A stretch of 63,779 bases of DNA, the filler included, from Deltaproteobacteria bacterium (GTDB taxonomy: Bacteria; JAUYMQ01), in assembly GCA_030698575.1 (NCBI GenBank). It is 9 parts of 9 records of this genome, joined end to end, with 100 filler letters (N's around TTAATTAATTAA, not from the genome) between each part and the next. Parts side by side here need not be neighbours in the genome. Positions count along the whole stretch, not along the records: positions 14,754 to 28,527 come from JAUYMQ010000142.1; 8 more parts are not named here. One strand, given 5' to 3'. Shown one piece after another: positions 19,214-27,895 of the stretch. The translations under genes and the position numbers were made by a program. Under the pieces are notes generated by a model. It was not told the DNA's origin. It was given only the letters and a program-made list of their open reading frames with translations, and made no database searches. The stretch's first letter is position 1; the number at the start of each line of letters is the position of its first letter.

Positions 19214-20397
19214 CGGGGCTGAGGCTGGGTGAGGCAGTGGAGCGAGCCGAGCCCCAGGATGAGATCCACCGAATGAACCCCGATCACTTCCCGCCCCGGG
19301 AACAGCCGCCCCAGCGTGTCGAGGGCGAGATGATCGCTGCGATCGTTGAAGGTGGGCACCAGGACGACCCGATTCCCGATGTAGAAGTTCGCGTAGCTCG
19401 CCGGCAGGCGGTAGTCCTCGAAGTGGATCGGCTCGGGCATCGGAAGCGTCACGACGCGGAAGGCCCGCCCCCGCCCATCCCGCGCCTCGCGCAGGCGCGC
19501 CAGGTTGTCGGCCAGCGGAGCGTGATTCTCGTCACGCCGGTTCCCCTCCCGCGCCACCACGATCGTCTCCGGATCGACGAACCGCGCGATGTCGTCCACG
19601 TGTCCATGCGTGTCGTCGCCCGCGACCCCCCGCCCCAGCCAGAGGATCTGCTTCACCCCCAGGTGCTCGCGGAAGACCTTCTCGAGATCGGCCCGTGAGA
19701 GATGGGGATTTCGCGCCTGCACCTTCGAGAGGTGACACTCCTCGGTGGTGATCATCGTGCCCTGCCCGTTCACCTCGATGCTTCCCCCCTCCAGCACGAC
19801 CGGCTTGCCGCCCGCCTCGGGGACGATGCGCTCCATCTCCAGCACGCGCGCGAGCTTCGCGTTCACCGCGTTGTCGAGGCGCCAGTTCGAGTACCTGGCC
19901 CATGCGTTGAACTTCCAGTCCGTCATGACGATCTCCCGGCCACGGCGAACGAAGATGGGGCCGAAATCGCGCATCCAGGAGCGGTTGGTCGGCACCACGT
20001 AGAAGCTGACCGCGCTCTCGTCGACCCGCGCCTTCGCGAGCATGCGCCGCACCCGCTTGCGCATGGCGGTGTCCTTCACCAGGATGCGCACCGGCTCGCT
20101 TCGCGCCAGGAGCCGCGCAATCTCGACGTAGACCCATTGGATGGCGGCGAGCTTCCCGGGCCAGTCGGCGGCGTGGTGGGGCCAGGCGATCCAGGTCGCC
20201 GCGTGGGGCTCGAACTCGGCGGGCATGCGGTAGCGGGGAGGCGCCTCTCGGGGGAGCGCGGGCTGTCGCGCGCCGGAGCGGGGACGCGACGGAGAGCCCG
20301 GCGATCGCTCCTTCGGTGCGGGCTTCTTCGCAGGGGCAGACTGCGGCGAGAACGCCCCGCGGGATTGGGCGCCACGCCGGGAGCGTCGTCGGCTCAC
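19210..20397 (-). CDS. aguA: Agmatine deiminase family protein
   Basis: RMPAEFEPH, WMRDFGP, LEGGSI, DDTHGHVD, PASYANFY, GSLHCLTQ; GTG start overlaps the aguB stop (alternative start 20226). Confidence 0.9.
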   Translation of the reverse strand: MSRRRSRRGAQSRGAFSPQSAPAKKPAPKERSPGSPSRPRSGARQPALPREAPPRYRMPAEFEPHAATWIAWPHHAADWPGKLAAIQWVYVEIARLLARSEPVRILVKDTAMRKRVRRMLAKARVDESAVSFYVVPTNRSWMRDFGPIFVRRGREIVMTDWKFNAWARYSNWRLDNAVNAKLARVLEMERIVPEAGGKPVVLEGGSIEVNGQGTMITTEECHLSKVQARNPHLSRADLEKVFREHLGVKQILWLGRGVAGDDTHGHVDDIARFVDPETIVVAREGNRRDENHAPLADNLARLREARDGRGRAFRVVTLPMPEPIHFEDYRLPASYANFYIGNRVVLVPTFNDRSDHLALDTLGRLFPGREVIGVHSVDLILGLGSLHCLTQPQPR

Positions 20398-21284
20398 GGG
20401 TCGATGAATCGCCGGGTAATGGGCGCGTAGGCGTCCACGCGCCGGTCTCGAAGGAAGGGCCAGTCGCGGCGCACGCTCTCCTGCAGCGCGGGATCGCACT
20501 CGGCGAGCAGCACCGTCTCGGACTCGGCGGCCGCCGCAATGAGCCGCCCGAAGGGATCCGCCACGAAGGAGTGGCCGAAGAATTCGATGCCGTCGCCGGC
20601 GCCGGGCTTCTCGTAGCCGACACGGTTCACGGCCGCGACGTACACGCCGTTCGCGATGGCGTGCCCCCGCTGCACCGTCTGCCAGGCGTCGACCTGGGCG
20701 CGACCCTCGGCCTCTTTCTCGGCCGGGTGCCAGCCGATGGCCGAGGGGTAGAGAAGCACGTGCGCTCCCTGTAGCGCCGTGAGCCGCGCCGCCTCGGGGT
20801 ACCACTGGTCCCAGCAGATGAGCAGCCCGATGCGCGCCACCCGGGTGTCGAAGCAGCGGAAACCCAGATCACCCGGCGTGAAGTAGAACTTCTCGTGGTA
20901 AAGCGGATCATCCGGGATGTGCATCTTCCGGTAGTGCCCGAGATAGCTCCCGTCGGTGTCGATCACCGCGGCGCTGTTGTGATAGATGCCCGGCGCCCGC
21001 CGCTCGAACAGTGGCGCTACAATCACCACCTCGAGCGACTTCGCCAGCTTTCCGAGCGCCTCAGTCGTCGGCCCGGGGACGGGCTCGGCAAGATCGAAGT
21101 GCGCGGGGTCCTCGCTCTGGCAGAAGTACGGAGCAAGGAACAGCTCCTGCATGCACACGATCTGCGCTCCCTCGCGGGCCGCCTCTTCGATGCGCGACGA
21201 CGCCAGGGCGAGGTTCTCCGCCGGATCGTTGGTGCAGGCCATCTGGACGAGGCCGAGGGTGAATTTGCTCGCGGGAACCGTCAT
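20394..21284 (-). CDS. aguB: N-carbamoylputrescine amidase (carbon-nitrogen hydrolase)
   Basis: QELF, YRKMHIPDDP, EKFYFTPGDLGF, ICWDQWYPE; paired with agmatine deiminase. Confidence 0.88.
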   Translation of the reverse strand: MTVPASKFTLGLVQMACTNDPAENLALASSRIEEAAREGAQIVCMQELFLAPYFCQSEDPAHFDLAEPVPGPTTEALGKLAKSLEVVIVAPLFERRAPGIYHNSAAVIDTDGSYLGHYRKMHIPDDPLYHEKFYFTPGDLGFRCFDTRVARIGLLICWDQWYPEAARLTALQGAHVLLYPSAIGWHPAEKEAEGRAQVDAWQTVQRGHAIANGVYVAAVNRVGYEKPGAGDGIEFFGHSFVADPFGRLIAAAAESETVLLAECDPALQESVRRDWPFLRDRRVDAYAPITRRFIDP

Positions 21285-21334
21285 GCGACGGGAGGGTAGA
21301 GAGGGGCCGGGGGGATGTCAATCGCGCAGCACAT

Positions 21335-22777
21335 CTAGATCCATTCGCGCTGCGCAACCGTCGGCTCTGCGCAGCAGTACCAGGGCTCGCTCATGCGCGG
21401 CGCGGGAGCGGCGCGGAACGCATCCGGACCCGGAGGAGGCGCATCATGAAGACCGGCCCGCGTGTGTGCGCGCTCCCAGATGCGCCCGAAGAGTTCCCGC
21501 CGCGGTGCATCCGGCGCGGCCTGCGCCAGCGCCTCCAGCTCGGCCTGCAGCGCATCGACGCGGGCGTCGGGGTTGCGCCAGGGGTGGCAGAGCGCCTGCG
21601 CGTCGAGCGGGCCGGCGAGGGACTTCACCTCGTCGAGATCGAGAAGCCGCGAGCCCGAAGGCAGGAGCAGCCTGATCGCGAGGTGCACCGGCGCGACGCG
21701 CTCGGCGATTCCGAGCGCCGCCACGTCCCGCAGGAGATCGAGGTAGCCCTCGAGCGTCGTCCAGGGCGTGAAGGGAACGAAGGTGGGCGCGAGCGGGAGC
21801 CCGGCCTCCTCGCAGATCGCCACCGCGTGGTGGAAGCCGGCGCGCGTGTGCCCCTTCAGGAGCCGCGCGAGCACACGGTCGTCGACCGACTCTGCCGCCG
21901 AGGTCACGAAGAGGCATCCGGTTTCCTTCAGGAGCGCGGGAGCGCCGGGCGTGTCGAGCAGATGCGAGATCTTGATGGTCACGTCGTAGGTGATGTCGGG
22001 AAAGGCGGCCTTGAGCGCCCGGATGATCGCGAAGGCGTGCTTCGGGCCGTTCAGAAAATCCGGATCGCCGAACGTGACGTGCCGCGCGCCGGCCGCCACC
22101 TGCTGGGCGACGTCCGCTATCACCACGTCGGGGGGCACCACGCGGAACCGCCCGTCGTAGACCGGCACCACGGGGCAGTGCCGGCAGCGATGCTTGCACC
22201 CGCGGCTTGCCTCCACGTAGCCCGCCAGGCGCTCCGTTCCATCCGGGAGCACGAGCTTCGCGTAGCGATCGAGCGGGGGGAGACCAGTGCGGTCGGGCAC
22301 GCGGAAGCGCTGCCGCGCCGTAGAGATGCGCGGCTCGGGTTGCGCTGACTCCAGTTCCGGCCCGCCGGTCGCCGGAGCCGGGCCGTTCCTCTCAAGACTC
22401 TGGGCAAGACGCTCGGCGAGCGCGAGGAGCCCCGCTTCGAACTCCCCGCCGAGGACCGTCCTGACGCCGAGCTGGCGCAGGTAGGGCTCGTTCATCGGGG
22501 CATAGAGGCCGTAGGCCGCGAGGTGCGCCGCGGGGTTCAGCGACCTGAGGCGCGGCAGCAGGCTGGCCGCCAGGCGGGTGGCGGTGTGCATGGGGAGATA
22601 GAGGGCCACGAGATCGGCGTCGCGAACGGCTGTCTCGTCGAGAGCGTCGATACTCAGATCGAGCAATTGAACGTCGTGCCTGTGGGGCGCTTCGGCGTCA
22701 CGGAGCCAGGCCGCGGGCTCGGCCAGGCCGAAGGGCGGCCGCCCCAGCTCGTATGTGGAGAGCAGCAGGATCTTCAA
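21335..22777 (-). CDS. Radical SAM protein with C-terminal CCAEP tail (CUAEP/CCAEP-tail family, Cys form)
   Basis: TTG start after GAGG; EASRGCKHRCRHC (CxxxCxxC); TFGDPDF; ends EPWYCCAEPT (TGC TGC codons). Confidence 0.85.
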   Translation of the reverse strand: MKILLLSTYELGRPPFGLAEPAAWLRDAEAPHRHDVQLLDLSIDALDETAVRDADLVALYLPMHTATRLAASLLPRLRSLNPAAHLAAYGLYAPMNEPYLRQLGVRTVLGGEFEAGLLALAERLAQSLERNGPAPATGGPELESAQPEPRISTARQRFRVPDRTGLPPLDRYAKLVLPDGTERLAGYVEASRGCKHRCRHCPVVPVYDGRFRVVPPDVVIADVAQQVAAGARHVTFGDPDFLNGPKHAFAIIRALKAAFPDITYDVTIKISHLLDTPGAPALLKETGCLFVTSAAESVDDRVLARLLKGHTRAGFHHAVAICEEAGLPLAPTFVPFTPWTTLEGYLDLLRDVAALGIAERVAPVHLAIRLLLPSGSRLLDLDEVKSLAGPLDAQALCHPWRNPDARVDALQAELEALAQAAPDAPRRELFGRIWERAHTRAGLHDAPPPGPDAFRAAPAPRMSEPWYCCAEPTVAQREWI

Positions 22778-22802
22778 GGACGCCTCACCGCGCGCGGGCT
22801 TC

Positions 22803-23516
22803 TCATCCGGGATGCGCGGCGCGCATCTCGTCGTACATCCCCTGCATCGCGCGATTGGCGGCGGAGGTTTGCTCGAGCGCCGCGACGAGCGTCGCCGCGC
22901 CCGCCGCAGGTACGACGCCCAGAAGCTTCGCGTCGTCGAGATCGGTGAAGGTGCGCATGCCGGCGCATCCGAACGAAAGCACGGGGCGTCCGTCGGCCAG
23001 CGCCACGGGGAGCGCGGCGCAGGAGGGGCGCCCGAAGGCCGGCATCGATGCCGGGCGGTCCCAGCGCGCATCACCCGAACCTTCCTGGAACAGCATGGCC
23101 TGCCGCGCGTCGAGCCAGAGCAGGATGAGATCGGGCGTGTCGGGGAAGGCAGCAAGGGGGCCGTAGAGCACGCCCGCCTTCGTCTTTCCCACGCGCGGGA
23201 TGCGCGCGGGTTCGGGCGGCGCGAGGTAGCCCGCCCCGGTCATGCGCGTGATGACGGCTTCGAGGTTCCGCTCTCCCTCGGCGCCGAGGGTGAAACCGCT
23301 GGTCAGCGCGCCGACCGGGCAGTTCATGTGATCCTCGGCGGAGGCGAAGAAGACGCTACTTTCGGCCCGCCGCCAGAAGGTGCAGGCAGAGGGGACGGGT
23401 CCGCCGTCCCAGCGGGGCGTGCCCGGCGGCGGCTCGTCGAGATAGGCGAGCGCCACGGGAGGCGACGCGAGGCCGAGGAGGTGGGTGAGCGAGCCGGCGA
23501 TCTGCTTCTGCGACAT
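22803..23516 (-). CDS. DUF169-like protein
   Basis: LGLASPPVALAY, SACTFW, CPVGA, PDLILL, GRPSCA, SFGCAGMRTFT; GGAGG RBS. Confidence 0.75.
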   Translation of the reverse strand: MSQKQIAGSLTHLLGLASPPVALAYLDEPPPGTPRWDGGPVPSACTFWRRAESSVFFASAEDHMNCPVGALTSGFTLGAEGERNLEAVITRMTGAGYLAPPEPARIPRVGKTKAGVLYGPLAAFPDTPDLILLWLDARQAMLFQEGSGDARWDRPASMPAFGRPSCAALPVALADGRPVLSFGCAGMRTFTDLDDAKLLGVVPAAGAATLVAALEQTSAANRAMQGMYDEMRAAHPG

Positions 23517-23600
23517 CGGTGGGCCTCCGTGATTGGCGCGGGGTCGTCCCCCGGTTTGATTCCGAGGTTGAACCGCCTATTCTTGCCTCGAGAGGCAAGG

Positions 23601-24839
23601 ATGAATCGGGTCTTACTGCTGCTTCCGACGACCACCTATCGCGCGCGGGATTTTCTCGATGCGGCGCGGCACCTGGGTGTCGAGGTGGTCGTCGGCACCG
23701 AGGGACATCAGGCGCTCGAGAAGGTCGCGCCGGGGGGCACGATCACGCTCGACTTCTCAGACACCGCCGCCGCCACCGCGGCCATCGTCGAATTCAGCAG
23801 GACGCACCCGCTAGAGGCCATCGTGGGGACCGACGACGAGACGGCCCTGCTTGCGACACAAGCTGCCACGGCGCTGGGGCTGCGCGCAAACCCGCTCGGG
23901 GCCGTGGCGCTCACGCGCAACAAGTACCGGCTGCGCCGGGCGCTGGCGGAAGCCGGCCTCCCCTCCCCGCCCTACAAACTCCTCACGATCACCGACGACC
24001 CCCGGGCTGCCGCCGGAGAGGTGCCTTTCCCCTGCGTGCTGAAGCCCACTTTCCTTTCGGCGAGCCGCGGGGTCATCCGGGCCGACGACGCCGACGCCTT
24101 CGATGCCGCCTTCTACTGCATCGCGGGTCTCCTTGCCGATCCCGACGTGCGGCGGCGAGGCGGCGACGCCTCCGGGGAGATCCTCGTCGAGGGATACATC
24201 CCGGGCGAGGAGTACGCCGTCGAGGGGATGCTCGAGAAGGGAGGGTTCCGGCTTCTCGCGTTGTTCGACAAGCCCGACCCCCTCGAGGGGCCCCACTTCG
24301 AGGAGACGATCTATGTGACGCCCTCGCGCGCGACGAAAGAGCGCCAGTCGATGATCCTCGAGAAGATGCGCATGGCGCTCGTGACGGTGGGCCTGCGCGA
24401 GGGCCCGGTGCACGCCGAGCTGCGCTGCAACGACGAGGGCGCCTTCATTCTGGAGATCGCGGCCCGTTCGATCGGCGGCCGCTGCGCGCGCGTGCTGCGG
24501 TTCGGGGCGGGGCTGTCGCTCGAGGAGCTGATCCTCCGCCACGCGATCGGCAAAGAGGTCGCGGACCTCGAGCGCCAACCCGGCGCGGCGGGGGTCATGA
24601 TGATCCCGATCCCGCAGGCGGGCATCCTGAAAGAGGTGAAAAACCTCACGGCTGCGCGGGCCGTCAGGGGGATCGAGGAAATCGACATCGCGATCGCGCG
24701 GGGGAAGCCGCTCACGCCGCTCCCCGAGGGCAATCGCTACCTCGGGTTCATCTTCGCCCGCGGCGCCGCGCCCGAGGAGGTCGAGGCCGCGTTGCGGGAG
24801 GCGCACCGTCGGCTCGAGATCGTCGTGGCGCCGGCCTGA
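23601..24839 (+). CDS. ATP-grasp domain ligase
   Basis: RNKYRLR, PCVLKP, SASRGVIR, VEGYIPGEEYAVEG, HAELR, LEIAARSIGG. Confidence 0.88.
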   Translation: MNRVLLLLPTTTYRARDFLDAARHLGVEVVVGTEGHQALEKVAPGGTITLDFSDTAAATAAIVEFSRTHPLEAIVGTDDETALLATQAATALGLRANPLGAVALTRNKYRLRRALAEAGLPSPPYKLLTITDDPRAAAGEVPFPCVLKPTFLSASRGVIRADDADAFDAAFYCIAGLLADPDVRRRGGDASGEILVEGYIPGEEYAVEGMLEKGGFRLLALFDKPDPLEGPHFEETIYVTPSRATKERQSMILEKMRMALVTVGLREGPVHAELRCNDEGAFILEIAARSIGGRCARVLRFGAGLSLEELILRHAIGKEVADLERQPGAAGVMMIPIPQAGILKEVKNLTAARAVRGIEEIDIAIARGKPLTPLPEGNRYLGFIFARGAAPEEVEAALREAHRRLEIVVAPA

Positions 24840-24867
24840 GCCGGGTCTCGCTTCGCCCGGAAATGCG

Positions 24868-24890
24868 AACGCCCCCGGAAGGGGGCGTTT
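24868..24890. terminator. Hairpin between convergent genes (probable terminator)
   Basis: AACGCCCCC-GGAA-GGGGGCGTT(T). Confidence 0.65.
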
Positions 24891-24911
24891 CTGCGGGCGG
24901 GCGCGCGGCGC

Positions 24912-25514
24912 CTACTTCCCGGCCTGGTAGTAAGGATTGGAGCCTGACCCGTGGTCGGTGCTGTCGAGCACGGCGATGATCTCGGGTATCTCGGCCTTGA
25001 GTGTTTCCTCGATCCCCTGCTTCAACGTGACGTCGGCCATGCCGCAGCCCTGGCAGCCGCCGCCCATCCGGATGTACACGTTCCCATCCTTGACGCCGAG
25101 CAGCGTGATGCTCCCGCCGTGGCTTGCGACGCCGGGGTTGATGCGATCTTCGATGACCTTCTGCACGCGCATGACGAGGGGATCGGAAGCGGCGGGCGGC
25201 TGATTGGGGTTCTCGAACTTGAAGCCGCTGCTCGACATGCCGCTGACGAAGTCGAGCGTGGCGCCTTGTAGGCGCGGGACGGTTTCCTTGTCGAGATAGA
25301 CCATCACGCCGGCGGCATCGACGACCTCGTCGTCTTCGCTCTTCTCGTCCTGGCTCACCAGGCGAAGATCGTACTTCCAGGCGGCCACACCCTCTTCGGT
25401 GACCGTCACGCGCACCGCCGTATCGAGCCGGTTCTGTGACTCCTGGATCTCCGTGATCTTTTCCCGGGCTCCATCCGTCAGCGTCAGAATTTCTCCGTCG
25501 ATTTCGTCTGCCAT
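24912..25514 (-). CDS. nfuA: Fe-S biogenesis protein NfuA (IscA-like + NifU domains)
   Basis: LTLTDGA, GATLDF, GFKFENPN, INPGVASHGG, GGGCQGCG, DSTDH. Confidence 0.92.
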   Translation of the reverse strand: MADEIDGEILTLTDGAREKITEIQESQNRLDTAVRVTVTEEGVAAWKYDLRLVSQDEKSEDDEVVDAAGVMVYLDKETVPRLQGATLDFVSGMSSSGFKFENPNQPPAASDPLVMRVQKVIEDRINPGVASHGGSITLLGVKDGNVYIRMGGGCQGCGMADVTLKQGIEETLKAEIPEIIAVLDSTDHGSGSNPYYQAGK

Positions 25515-25553
25515 GGCCCCATTGTAACCGATCTCCTTCCTATGGCCAGAGGC

Positions 25554-25586
25554 CTTAAATAATGGGGTCAGACCCCTTTATTTAAG
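25554..25586 (-). repeat. REP-like 33-bp palindrome at the 3' end of the RAYT gene
   Basis: CTTAAATAATGGGGTC-A-GACCCCTTTATTTAAG; 16-bp arms with 1 mismatch; contains the RAYT stop codon. Confidence 0.85.
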
Positions 25587-26506
25587 CCCATGCATTGAAG
25601 AATTCGCGCGCCCTCGCCGCTCCTGGCAAGCTTTCCGTGAATTTGCGACACGCGCGGTTGAGACACCCCGCACCGCTCGGCGATCTCGGCGAGTGGCAGC
25701 TTCGCCCAATGCCGCAGAAGGAAAACGGCCGCCTGAAATGCATCCCTGTTCGATCGATCGAGCACCGACGCGGCATCCAGTTCGAACGCGCTTGCAACCG
25801 CACCGAGAACATCGCCCGCGTCGGGCGGCTCGCCTTCGGTCCAGGGAATCAGGGGCGCAAGTCGCTGTTCGCGCGCGGCCGATCCGGGCATTATCATTGT
25901 CGAACGCCTGCCACCCAGTCGCGCCGTTTTCCGTAGCTCCTTCAGCGGCGATCTCGCGCCGATCCCGCCCACGACTAAACGCTCGTAGGCCTCACTGCCG
26001 TTCTCGCCCGGCCCTTCGAATTGACCAAGAACCCAATCCGTAGTCAGCCATGAAGGCCGTCGCGCCTTCCCGACCGTCGCCCTGTAGCTGCTCCATGCCC
26101 ACCGTGCCGGGAACTCCGCCAACCCCGCCCGGACCGGGTTGAGAACGATATAGCGGCTCAGTTCCAGCAGATAAGCGTCCCGATCAACGAGCTTGCCCTT
26201 GAATCGACCCTGGAACAAATGCCCCACGCGCTGGTGGCGCCAATTGAACCACTGCGTATACAGCCCGTTCAATTGCTGCATGCCTTTGGAAAGATTCGCC
26301 AACGGCGTTTCCAGAAGAAGGTGAAAGTGATTGGGCATCAGGCAGTAGGCATGGCAAAGCCAATCCTGGTCGCGGACTGCATCGCCGAGATGTTTCAGGA
26401 AGCGCCGGTAATCCCCGCTGGAAAGGAACGTCTTCTGACGTGCGTTTCCGCGTGAAGTAACGTGGTAGATCGCTCCGTCGAACTGCACCCGCGGTTTTCT
26501 TGGCAT
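25568..26506 (-). CDS. REP-associated tyrosine (HUH/Y1) transposase with C-terminal HTH
   Basis: YHVTSRGN, YCLMPNHFHLL (HUH), GHLFQGRFK, RYIVLNPVRAGL, WSSY; C-terminal LAEIAERCGVSQPRVSQ. Confidence 0.9.
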   Translation of the reverse strand: MPRKPRVQFDGAIYHVTSRGNARQKTFLSSGDYRRFLKHLGDAVRDQDWLCHAYCLMPNHFHLLLETPLANLSKGMQQLNGLYTQWFNWRHQRVGHLFQGRFKGKLVDRDAYLLELSRYIVLNPVRAGLAEFPARWAWSSYRATVGKARRPSWLTTDWVLGQFEGPGENGSEAYERLVVGGIGARSPLKELRKTARLGGRRSTMIMPGSAAREQRLAPLIPWTEGEPPDAGDVLGAVASAFELDAASVLDRSNRDAFQAAVFLLRHWAKLPLAEIAERCGVSQPRVSQIHGKLARSGEGARILQCMGLNKGV

Positions 26507-26655
26507 TGTTGCCTCCATGCAAGAACGGGCGAAGCAAGCCGGTGCCCTCCGTGCACGGGCACGGACCGGTGCGAGATTCGCCCGGTTGTCCTCATTCGAC
26601 AGGGAGAACGACGGTGAAACAGGGAGTTGCGGCTTGGGGAAATCCGTCCCGGGAG

Positions 26656-26688
26656 CTTAAGTAAAGGGGTCTGACCCCACTATTTTAG
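26656..26688 (+). repeat. REP-like 33-bp palindrome upstream of the RAYT gene
   Basis: CTTAAGTAAAGGGGTC-T-GACCCCACTATTTTAG. Confidence 0.85.
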
Positions 26689-27836
26689 CGGCCGGGGAGG
26701 CCGGGGGAGAGGGCCTTGAAGCGGTAGAGGGGGTGGGGGGCGGTCTTGGCGACGTCGGATTTCGATTTGAACATGATGCGGTTCAGCTGGCTGTCGGTCA
26801 CGTAGATCCAGCCGTCGGGGCCAAACGAAAGGCCGTCGGGCCAGACGAGCCGCTCGTCGCGGATGAGCGTCTCGCCCTCGCGGTTCGGCCGCAGCACCGC
26901 GATCGCGCGGTCCTCGATCGCAGTCAGGTAGAGGTTCCCCTCGCGGTCGATCGTGAGCCCGTCGGAAAGCGGTTTGGGCGCGAACGCCTCGATCTCGAGC
27001 CCCAGCTGCGTGTCGTCCATGTCCTCGTCGAGCAGCGCCGACGTCGGTATCCGGTACATCGTCGTGCCCGACATCGGCCCGTAGTAAAGCGTCTCGCCGT
27101 CGAGCGACAGCACGATCGAGTCGACGGCCACGCGCAGCGGCATCACGCCGAAAAGCGTCACCTTCTCGCCCTCCACGATCATGTCGACCGGCTCCTCCTT
27201 CACCGAATGGTGATCCTGCAGCACGCGGCGCACGCGCCCTTCTCCAATGTCGTAAACGATGATCGCCGGATTGAAATTGAAGTTCGCCGTGTCGGCGATG
27301 TAGGCAACGCCGCGATCGGCGTCGACCGAGAGATCGTTCAGGTAGGAGCCCCAGCCCGCCTCGTCGCGCCTGAAGTTATGGCGGTGCGCCAGCTTGCCCG
27401 TCGCGATGTCGAAGGCGATGAGCGCGGGCGTGCCGAAGCCGTTCTTCCCGTGATCGAGCACCCAGAGCCGTCCCCGGCTGTCGAGCACGATGCCCTGGGG
27501 TGTCTGGAAGCCGTCGTCCTTCGACTGCCATGCTTCATCGGGGTAGGGGACCGACGTGCCGTCCGGCAGGATCTCGGCGACCTTCACCTTCGGGCCGGCG
27601 AGCGGGTGGTAGGTGATGAAGATGCGCCCATCGGCCGACACGGCCACATTGCCAAGCGGGGCGTCGAGGGCGGCGACCAGCTCGAGGGCCTCGGGGCCCT
27701 CCGCGAGGGGCGCACCCAGACGGTAGTCGGGCCGGGGCGCGACATCGGCGCCGCAGCCGGCGAGCAGAGCCAGGCCGGCCAGCGCGGCGGTGAGCAAGAG
27801 CGCTGGTAGAAAGGGGGACTGTCCCGCTTTCCCCAT
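26685..27836 (-). CDS. Major royal jelly/yellow-like (SMP-30-like beta-propeller) lipoprotein
   Basis: Lipobox LLAGC; GNVAVSADGRIF, GRLWVLDHG, LNDLSVD, AYIAD, SDGL, WPDGL. Confidence 0.8.
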   Translation of the reverse strand: MGKAGQSPFLPALLLTAALAGLALLAGCGADVAPRPDYRLGAPLAEGPEALELVAALDAPLGNVAVSADGRIFITYHPLAGPKVKVAEILPDGTSVPYPDEAWQSKDDGFQTPQGIVLDSRGRLWVLDHGKNGFGTPALIAFDIATGKLAHRHNFRRDEAGWGSYLNDLSVDADRGVAYIADTANFNFNPAIIVYDIGEGRVRRVLQDHHSVKEEPVDMIVEGEKVTLFGVMPLRVAVDSIVLSLDGETLYYGPMSGTTMYRIPTSALLDEDMDDTQLGLEIEAFAPKPLSDGLTIDREGNLYLTAIEDRAIAVLRPNREGETLIRDERLVWPDGLSFGPDGWIYVTDSQLNRIMFKSKSDVAKTAPHPLYRFKALSPGLPGR

Positions 27837-27895
27837 CAGGTTCCCCCCTCCGGTCGCGTGTTCGGCCCCCCGGAAAGGGGGACCGTCCCACCTAT
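27809..27895. repeat. Two copies of a second short palindrome family GAAAGGGGGAC-N-GTCCC
   Basis: 27809-27831 GAAAGGGGGAC-T-GTCCCGCTTTC and 27873-27895 GAAAGGGGGAC-C-GTCCCACCTAT. Confidence 0.65.
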
